Below are positions 55,791 through 64,000 of a stretch of 64,000 nucleotides of DNA, in pieces (position 1 is the first letter of the stretch; every line of letters begins with the position of its first letter). The translations under genes and the position numbers were made by a program. A model generated the notes under the pieces. The model searched no databases and had not been told where the DNA came from. It worked only from the letters and a program-made list of their open reading frames with translations. The DNA is from Vicugna vicugna. Lineage: Eukaryota. Location: the NCBI GenBank assembly GCA_013265495.1, contig MU058423.1, positions 6,486,939-6,550,938 of the forward strand, given 5' to 3'.

Positions 55791-56336
55791 TGTTCATCTT
55801 AGATGGTTAGACTTACAGAGGAACAAAAGAACCAGACCAGGGCGTGGTAAATGTACAAGAAATATAAAAATCGTGATGGATTTTAGCTCAACATCACGCC
55901 AGTCTTTTTATTTGTTTACATTTTCTTTTCATGAAATAGGCAGTAACAATATTTAAAATGAAATATGTAATATCGTGTTAGCAACGTTAAGGGAAAAAAA
56001 GTTATGTAAGCAAAAAGATGAACTAGAGAACCAATGAAAAATTCTTCCAGATCTGATTCTATAAAAATGGAGGGTTAAGATAAAAGCTTACAGAATTTGA
56101 GATAATAAAAATAAAATTTCACTCCATGTGAAAAAGATTTGTTGTTTAATCTACTTACTATGCGGAACTTGTCATGTCAGTCCTAGAAAACTAACACAGA
56201 TACTATGTATTTTCAGGACAGGAATGCCAGGGAGTGCTGAGATCTGAGTCAACATTTCAGTTTAATTTGCAGGTAGGTTTGCCATGATCTTCTAGAAGTC
56301 TTTTCTTCTCCTAGGTATTCTTTAGTGAAAGCTCAC

Positions 56337-56728
56337 TTCAACCATGGACATATCAGTTGAGTGGTAAAGGCTTGTAAAATTAGACCTACTGTTATTCTTT
56401 GCAATTTTTTTCATCTTTACTTCTAGACAACCCGAGTTTTTCCCTTATCTTCCTTCATAAAAAATTCTTTGTGGTATAGGATTTATGCAGCTCCTTAGTC
56501 ATTTTTGCTGTTCTCAGTTGTGTTACAGGAACAAAATAATAGGATTAACAATTGAAGCAGGATTAACATTTGTAGTGAGCTTCTAAGCAGATGAAGTCTA
56601 GTTGATTGACTCAATACTTTGAAAATCAGTTTCAACAAGTGGTGAAGAAATTTAATTTAGTGGAGTCAGTGAGCTGTATGACTTAATGGATAACAGCTTG
56701 GGTTATAAATGTTGTAGCCCTTGGCAGC
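56337..56728 (-). pseudogene. Exon remnant E: end of PXA and start of linker
   Basis: tcttgttcatag| in phase 1, matching exon D. Reads SCQGLQHL*PKLLSIKSYSSLTPLN*ISSP, then frameshifted LLKLIFKVLSQ, like the PXA end (LPLINQLSDP...). The donor GAA|gtgagc is tentative. Confidence 0.6.
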
Positions 56729-57559
56729 CTATGAACAAGATTCAGCATTTACATAGCAATGAGATTTACAGGAGAATCTTCCCTCATCTGGTTTATTTTG
56801 TGAGCAAGAAATTTCCTTAGGACCCAAAGGGAAACTATTTTGGATTTCTCTGTAAGTTGACCATGTCAAAAGGGTAACTGAACTTTCTCTCTGCAAATTT
56901 TTGTAGAGTTTTTGAATTTATGTTGCTCAGTGTATGTTAGCCTGAGCTCATGAATGTTCTGTGAGACCCACTCTGAACTGATTACTAGATAAATAGTTAA
57001 TACATTGTATGGAGCCCTGGCAAGGCAGACAGAGATCCTTTAAATGGTTGAACAAGCCTTTGAGAGAAGGATGCCTTTGTCGGGGCCCCACTTGCACTAC
57101 ACTGATATCCTGGTTTTCAAAAGTTGGAATTTTAATTTTAAAAATAAATTATTTCCAGATCAACCATGTGCAGACCAAACAAAATATTTTTTGTAACCTA
57201 GAATCATTTATGAGCTGCTAGTTCACACTCTCTGATTTAGAGGAAATGACAGGTTCTGGAAAGGAAATGCTCTGAATGCTGGCTTTGCCACAGAATATAA
57301 ATGCTTGGCAAAAGTACCTCAGTTCCATCATGTGGTAAAAGAGAAGTGTCTGCTCTATCTATGTCTTAAGCTATTCTGTTTTTTTTACTTCTTTTGAGAC
57401 ACAAATAATAATTCTGACCAAATGTAGACAAGGTAAATAATCTTGGGGAGGAAGTGCATCAGAGAACAGCTGAGCTTCTAGTCAATATAAGCACATGAAA
57501 AAAGCATGAGTACTGACACCAACACCAACATTGCGAAAACCGCTTTGATTCTTTGGTAA

Positions 57560-58615
57560 GGTACACATTGTTTTGTTTGCTTAATCTCCTGATTTTCTGG
57601 GAATCATAGTTAATGATGGACTAAACATTTTGTACAATGTTATCCTGCTCCCTAACCCATGGGATTGGTTGAGGGACGGACGCAAGACCACACTGAACTG
57701 AAGAGTCCCTTCACCAGGATTCTGAAATTGGGAAAGAACACTTGTCTTGCAGTAAATGTCAGGAGCTGTTAAAGGTTAAGCTCTGGCTTTTAGTCTAAAA
57801 AGGCCAAAGAGACCAATAAGCAAGGGAAGGGAGAAAAATGAGAGGAATATATGAGTTTGGAGGCAAGTACTGGAGAATAGAGGATCCATATCACCTCGAA
57901 GTCTGCCACAATACCTGGACCCAAGCAGACAGGCAACACATATATAATAAATTAATGGATGATACAAATTAAATGATAAATTTAAATTTTCAATTTTTGG
58001 TTTATATCAGCACAACCTTTCCCTCCTGCCTTCTCCTTAAAAAAGAAAAGAAAAAAAAAACCCTCCTGTATAGAACTTACTCTATACGTGTTAGAACACA
58101 AATTAGACGATAAATTTAAATTTTCAATTTTTGGTTTATATCAGCACAACCCTTCCCTCCTGCCTTCTCCTTAAAAAAGAAAAGAAAAAAAAAAACCCTC
58201 CTGTATAGAACCTACTCTATACGTGTTAGATAAAGTTGACACTGACCCTGCACTGTATCCATAGGGGAAACCACATGATGCCACGTTAACGAGATTTCAT
58301 CTACCTGTAAAGAGTCCTTCTCATTCAGGGATGGTTCAGGATAGTTTCAGAACACACACTGTGCCAAGCAGAATCAGGATATCCACTGAGATTTGGTATA
58401 CGGATAGAGAACTAGAAGGATATTGGTATAGAGCTACAAGAATTAACCTTTACCTATATGTAGATCCAGCTTGGGAATTAAGTCAATGTTGTGTGAAGCT
58501 GAACAAAATGATGGAGAAAGAAATTTCTTCATTTGAATCTCTGAATGTAGCCATTTCTAAAGCTGGATTTGTTGTCTGGCATGAATCAACAGTTTTTTCT
58601 CTCAAACTAGACTAG
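57560..58615 (+). mobile_element. Ancient MLT1 (J/K-like) LTR fragments flanking the tandem duplication
   Basis: gattggttgagggacggacgcaagacc; gagttgggtttctgttgtatgcaa. Confidence 0.5.
57964..58230 (+). repeat. Two-copy tandem duplication, period about 134 bp
   Basis: 57964-58097 vs 58098-58230 differ by about four substitutions and one A-run length change. Confidence 0.95.
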
Positions 58616-58725
58616 ACTGAGTTGGGTTTCTGTTGTATGCAATAAATGAGACCTTATTATACAAAAAAACATTTTAAGAAACATAGAAAGATCTATATAA
58701 ACGATGTTTGTTATTTAATAATTAC

Positions 58726-58915
58726 TTTCCTTTGACTCAAAAAAGTCTCTAGGTAAGATTTCCAAAGTATTCAGAATGTTGAAGTATCTTGTAAAATTTT
58801 TCATCCATTACTGTCAGGAGAAAAGTTCAAGTATTCAAAACATCAGCCCTGTCTCCTCACAGTCACTCCAAACAACATCATTCTGCATGCAAAAAAAAGT
58901 GGACTTGCTATGAAA
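58726..58915 (-). pseudogene. Exon remnant D: PXA core
   Basis: gttttgacattgcag| ... GGAAA|gtaatt, 190 nt in one frame: FHSKSTFFCMQNDVVWSDCEETGLMF*ILELFS*Q*WMKNFTRYFNILNTLEILPRDFFESKE. This resembles the PXA (Y/F)xR...L..LLP motif. Confidence 0.7.
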
Positions 58916-59263
58916 CTGCAATGTCAAAACAAACATTCATCCCATTCTACCAACCAGATTTTATGAAGAGATTCTAGAGCCATTAAGTGAATTCAAATGC
59001 CACTTTCTCCAAGACCATTTGTTAATTCAACCTGTGAGTCAGTGAACGTTTGTTTGTTCAGTATCTATTGCTGTCTGCAGTGCACTGTACGAAGCTCTGA
59101 GGATGTAAGCAAGAAGAAACTTAAGTCCTGGCTCCAGGGAATTTACAGTAAAATGAGAAAGGTTTACAAGTAAATAAACAATTGCAATACAGTATAATAA
59201 GGACTATAACAGGCATCTACAGAGTTTGCTTCAGAGGAAAGTGTTTCACTATCCTGCAGTGCA

Positions 59264-59295
59264 GTGTGCGTGTGTGTCTGTGTGTGTGTGTGTGT
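59264..59295. repeat. Imperfect (TG)n microsatellite
   Basis: Direct reading. Confidence 0.9.
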
Positions 59296-60798
59296 TAAAT
59301 AATGAGCCAGTCTTCCCATGTATAATTTGCTCCATAGTTGTACATTAAAGCATTTCTGTAATTTTTATTCATTCTTGATCACTAAATGATTAATATTCTC
59401 TAAGGACCTAGAAGGCCAAAGATAACCAGAGAACACATGTTTATAAAACTGTTTATTCACTAAGCTCCTTTTATTGTCTACTTAAATTAAAAGTAAGTTA
59501 ATAGGCTGAGATTCAATAGATCATTTTTAGAATTTTAAGAGTAGTAGAACAAAGATTCAAGATTTACATGTTGAGTGATTATTTCTGTAGAAAATAAGAA
59601 ATCATAGTTACTATTACTATCAATTACTACAAGTTAGTCTTATTTTTAGAAGGAAAATTTTAAATGTCCTTTAAGTCAACATTTTAAGAAATATACATTT
59701 TTCAAACACTATTTTATGTTAGTATTAAAATAAATAACAAAAAACAATATTAAACAACCAATATGGGAATTAAATGGCAATTAGCAAGCAGAGGAGCAAA
59801 GGGGATTTGTTGAAGATCGGTGCCCTACCGGAAAGTCTGTGGATTCCCTGACGTAGTGATGTGGCCTGATGGAGTTAACACCCAAGATTAGGGCCATCAG
59901 TGACCACTGTGTCACAGGCAGTTTCTCCTTCTCCCAAGAGAGGTGAAAGATTTCTTTGCATGCAAGCATGAATGACAGCAAGCGTCGGTAAGGCTGGCCT
60001 GAGGCCAAGAAAAAAGAAATTGTCCCTCCAAGATGAAGTGGCAGGGAAATTTATACCTCAGAACGTGCCACCTTTTTGATTTCTTCATCTGGCAACTCTA
60101 CTTTACCAAATTATGATGTTGGAATATGTCCTCCTTGCTAATAGAGTATCAGCGTGTGGAATGTTTAAAACCTGCGAATATGCTGTCTGGGGTACATTCT
60201 CACTGCACCTGTCAGAATGCTCCATCTGTTTCATGCCACCACAGGCACTGTCCAGTTCCTCTCCACTCCCCACACACCACTCTCTTCCTGCCTGCGCTAC
60301 AGTGCTTCCCTTCTCTCACACATCTAGTTAACTCCATACGGCTCTGACAATTCCTCCACATTGTCTTTATCTGACCATGTAGCTTCTCCACTTGCTATCC
60401 TAAAACTATCTTTTAAAAACCCCATTCACTTTAGAATAGCCTCATTAAAGAATTTCAGACAATTTTCTAAATGTATTTTTACATTTAGAAATAGGAAGGA
60501 ACAGGAATATTAGCTCTAAGAAGTAATGCTTAGAGCTCTCCTATTGCATGCTTCACTAGTGCACAGACCCCAAAAGCTATAAACAAAAACATAAATTGTG
60601 TATATAACAAAACCCTAATATAAAATAACATGAAAACAGGTATTAGCCTATCTCCCAGAAGCTATGTAAAGTGGCTGAACTGCCTTTAAATATAATGATA
60701 GAATTATAACCATGAGCAGTTGTCACTGTCTACAGACAAGAAATACAGAGTTCCATTTTTGACTTTGCCATTGGCAGATCATACACTAGTCAATTAAC

Positions 60799-60892
60799 CT
60801 CTGGGAAACATTATTTGGCATTTTTCTCTTTCACAGTGAAGTTTTGAACATTTGGATGAATATTAATTAGTACAGCTTTGTTTAGTAAGTGT
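60799..60892 (-). pseudogene. Exon remnant C: PXA
   Basis: Long polypyrimidine tract then gattgtag|, donor CAGAG|gttaat, 94 nt. Reads HLLNKAVLINIHPNVQNFTVKEKNAK*CFPE, phase 2 to phase 0. Confidence 0.6.
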
Positions 60893-61255
60893 CTACAATC
60901 CAAAAAAGAGAGAATAGAAAATATAACAATACATGCCCAGGTATGATAAATATATTACATTGTCAATAGCTTTTAAAAGGTATTTATTGATTGCAAAATT
61001 TATTTTAGGTGCTGCTACATGGGTTTTTTTTTTTTTGGTTATTTGCTATTAGAGCAATTCTTTCAAAACTAACTGTATTCTTTATTAACATATCACAGTA
61101 AATACTAAAACTGTTGTGTTGAATTTGAATAAATATAACAGGAAAATAAATTTTACCTTAAAAGAATAGGCATTGATTTACCCTTATAGTTAAATACATC
61201 TATTGATATAAATTGCTTGGCATGAAACATATGCTGTGTTTAAAACTGATCTTAC

Positions 61256-61399
61256 ATTTGGCAATTTAAAGAGAGCTACCCTGAACCTTTTTTCTAGGCT
61301 AACTTTTATTCTTCAAAGTTGTAAATGGTTTCTTTCAACATGTACATTCAAGATTACTGGATACAAAAGTTAGTCTTCAGAATTTTATTTTCTTCTACA
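61256..61399 (-). pseudogene. Exon remnant B: N-terminal part of PXA
   Basis: cccctatatattctag| ... CAAAT|gtaaga, 144 nt. Starts in phase 2, matching the phase-2 end of exon A. Several stops. Confidence 0.6.
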
Positions 61400-61714
61400 C
61401 TAGAATATATAGGGGTTGGGGAAAGATGTTTATTTTAAAATATAAAACTTTAATTAAAGGTGATCTTAAAGCTTTACTTGGGGAAAAATGTAGAATGTTA
61501 TTCAATGTTGCCACCTTCAGGACAAACTTTAAAGTAGCAGTGAAAAGAGTAAGATTAAAAAGATATTTTTGCCATGATTAAATGTTCAGTATACAATACT
61601 GATGCGAAACTATCTGCTTAGACTTTTTAAGGCATCAGAACATATTTAAATTTAAAAATTATCATACTCAAATAAATACCTTAAAACTTCAACTAGGGTA
61701 TGCTTATCCAATAG

Positions 61715-62005
61715 TCATTCACTATAGATATTTACTTAAGAAACACTGGTTGATTATTAACATGTCCTGGGTACCATACTGGGTATTGAGGATACAAAGA
61801 TGAGTACAGTTTATCAAGTACACTCAACGAGTCCAAATTTTTGAAGGGAGAATCAATACATAAATGGAATATTCCAATAGTGTGATAAATGTTCTGATGG
61901 AAATAAGCAGACCGTTAACATAGGAACGTGAGCTAAACACCTCACTCCAGAGGATAAGAAAGCAGCAGTGAGGAAGGTGTGATGAAAGAGACAGCTGAGC
62001 TCAGT
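61715..62005 (-). mobile_element. L2 3' fragment
   Basis: cattcactatagatatttac...ctgggtattgaggatacaaagatgag. Confidence 0.6.
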
Positions 62006-62193
62006 GTGTTATTAAATAACTTTGGAATAATTTAGACTTTTCCTTTTGCTTCTTTCTATTAAAATAAAGGAGAAAAAAGGAATACTCAAAAATAGCACAA
62101 TTATCATGTCTACTGGTGTGTATGCAAAATGGAAATTATGTTCACTGAAATAAGTTATTTCATAGCTTATGTAGCTAGTTTCTTACTGTTTAC

Positions 62194-62567
62194 CTTTCCT
62201 GTTGGTAGCCTTTAACTAATTTCCAATGGAGTCTTCTTCGTGGAGCAATTCTGGGGGAAAAAATATGTTGTCATTTCTCTGACTCGTATTCTAGGTCTGG
62301 ACCATACACAACTGAATTGAAGGTACTGGGTTGACTGACAGAAATTGTCTTTCTCAAATGCTCCACTAACAGCAAAGAAAAATCCTCCTAAAATGCAGGG
62401 TGGTGTCAGTATTCCTCTCCATCACGAGAGAAAATTTTGTTCTAATAAAAATCACGACAAGATTTCCATTCCTATTATTCCACTTTCCACATAAATGGCC
62501 TCTGAGACAGCCCTTATCTTTAATTTAATTGTCACTATTGTTATACATATGTATATATAAGATATGT
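62194..62567 (-). pseudogene. Exon remnant A: putative start plus N-terminal TM hairpin
   Basis: Acceptor tttgctgctttatag|, donor GAAAG|gtaaac. Candidate ATG at 62548. Reads ...IIGMEILS*FLLEQNFLS*WRGILTPPCILGGFF (TGA likely from TGG), resembling the SNX19 N-terminal hydrophobic hairpin as recalled. Confidence 0.6.
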
Positions 62568-63033
62568 CTATAAAGCAGCAAAATACTATGGCCTATGAGC
62601 CAGTCAAATGTGTTCTACCTGAACATTTGCTGCACCTCCATTATCCAAGGAGGATTTTGATCTTGACTGTAATATTTTCTCCAAAGTGTCATTGAAGGAT
62701 TTTAAAATAAGAATTATTATCATTACCACTACTTGGAATGGAATTATTTCAGTCAGAGAAGTAGAAAGATGAAGCCAAATGTCAGGAACATCTCACTGTG
62801 CTTCCCTTTTCTCTAGAATCTTCCATCTTTAAGTCCTCACTGCCTTAGTTGCTCTTGAAGTTGTCACAGTAAAGATTTATTTTTTGTTTTGTTATGTTCT
62901 ATGTTGTACCTAGATTTTTCTCTAGATGTTCTAATTGCATTCTAGGCATGATCAAGGGCAGATGCCCCCTTTGTTTGAAACTACGTGATAACTTTTCTAT
63001 TTTGCCCATTATGTTTTCACTCAGTGGCCATTT

Positions 63034-63255
63034 TGTTACCAAGACCAAGTTTATATTGTTTGATGCAAGGCAGGTCAATAAATCGAGGGATGAGTTGTTG
63101 GGGCAAACAATAGTGACTTTATTCAGACAGCCAGCAGACTGTGAAGATGGTGGACTAGTGTCCCACAGAACCATCTTGCCCAGGTTTGGATGTTAGGTTC
63201 TTTTATAGAGCAAAAGGGGGTGAAGAGGTAAGATTAAAAAGGCAATATTTCAAAC
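63034..63255 (-). mobile_element. Lineage-specific ERV LTR fragment (3' end of the LTR)
   Basis: tgttaccaagaccaag...ggtcaataaatcgag...gactttattcagacagccagcagac...gaagatggtggactagtgtcc. Confidence 0.7.
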
Positions 63256-64000
63256 ATGAATGAGGACGGTGCCACACAAACAAGATGTATGTTCATCCAT
63301 TTATTACAGAATGCCATATCTTTAAGTATCTTATTTGAGATTGGTGTGGTTCCTCAGAGAACAATCTTTAAAACTCTTTGCCTACATTCAAGGTTAAGGT
63401 AAGACAAGCCAGCTGAGTGTCCTCTATATTCACACTCAGTATGTAAAATATTATGATAGTTAACTTCCCTGTCTGAAAATGTACCCACAACTTCAAGTAT
63501 GCATCACAGCCCAAACCCCTCGGTTTATATACTACTTGTTGAACTTTAGTTGTTAAAAAGTCAGATTTCTGTTAGGATGTGTAAAGTGAGAGAATGTAAG
63601 GACCTGACTTTTCAAACAGTATTCACCTTAGTCCTCATATGTTAGCCTGTGTTCAATTCATTTCTAGTTCTACGGTATTGGTTGTCTCAGTTTCTGAGGT
63701 CTTTGATTATTCTTCAGTGTAAATCAAGATGATTTCACTTTTCCTTATTGCTATTATAGGATTTGAATTTATTTTGATGCTAGGTCAATTTGTAATAGGG
63801 AAGAGCAAATCTGACCCAATATTAGATCTGTTTCTTTTACTTTAACCCTTATATTCTATTGTTTTTGCTCCCAGTTAAGAATGTTGCCTATAGTTTGAAT
63901 TATACAGGATAGCCCATTCTCAAGACTCTGACCTTTAAGGGTATAACACTCTTCTATTCATATTGACACACAAAGTTGCAGAAGAGAGGATAACATTTGT

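Larger units (their letters stand above)
13909..62567 (-). pseudogene. Unprocessed multi-exon pseudogene of a PXA-PX-PXC sorting nexin (SNX13/14/19/25 family-like)
   Basis: Co-oriented minus-strand exon remnants with polypyrimidine-AG acceptors and GT donors. Hand translations resemble, in the correct order, a TM hairpin, PXA, PX and Nexin_C. Splice phases match at many junctions. Many in-frame stops and frameshifts are present. Confidence 0.8.

Noticed and set aside
1..64000. Prokaryotic-type systems (CRISPR arrays, operons), tRNA or rRNA genes
   Set aside because: The sequence is mammalian by its repeat content, and I saw no repeat-spacer arrays or structured RNA genes.

Overview
AT-rich, CpG-poor mammalian genomic DNA. 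The young L1 3' ends suggest a cetartiodactyl, probably a camelid. No intact protein-coding gene, RNA gene or CpG island is visible, and much of the window is transposon debris (L1, L2, MIR, MaLR/ERVL LTRs, Tigger1, MER58). The main result is a heavily decayed, intron-containing pseudogene on the minus strand, about 62.6 kb to 13.9 kb, which the ORF track misses. About 19 exon remnants, most with GT/AG boundaries, read in order as an N-terminal transmembrane hairpin, a PXA domain, a long linker, a PX domain and a PXC (Nexin_C) domain, then a stop and AATAAA. This is the architecture of the SNX13/14/19/25 sorting-nexin family. The remnant is too divergent to be a copy of any of the four known genes, so it may be a lost fifth paralog. 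Family and repeat assignments are by eye from remembered sequences and need HMM, tBLASTn or RepeatMasker confirmation. Repeat coordinates are approximate.
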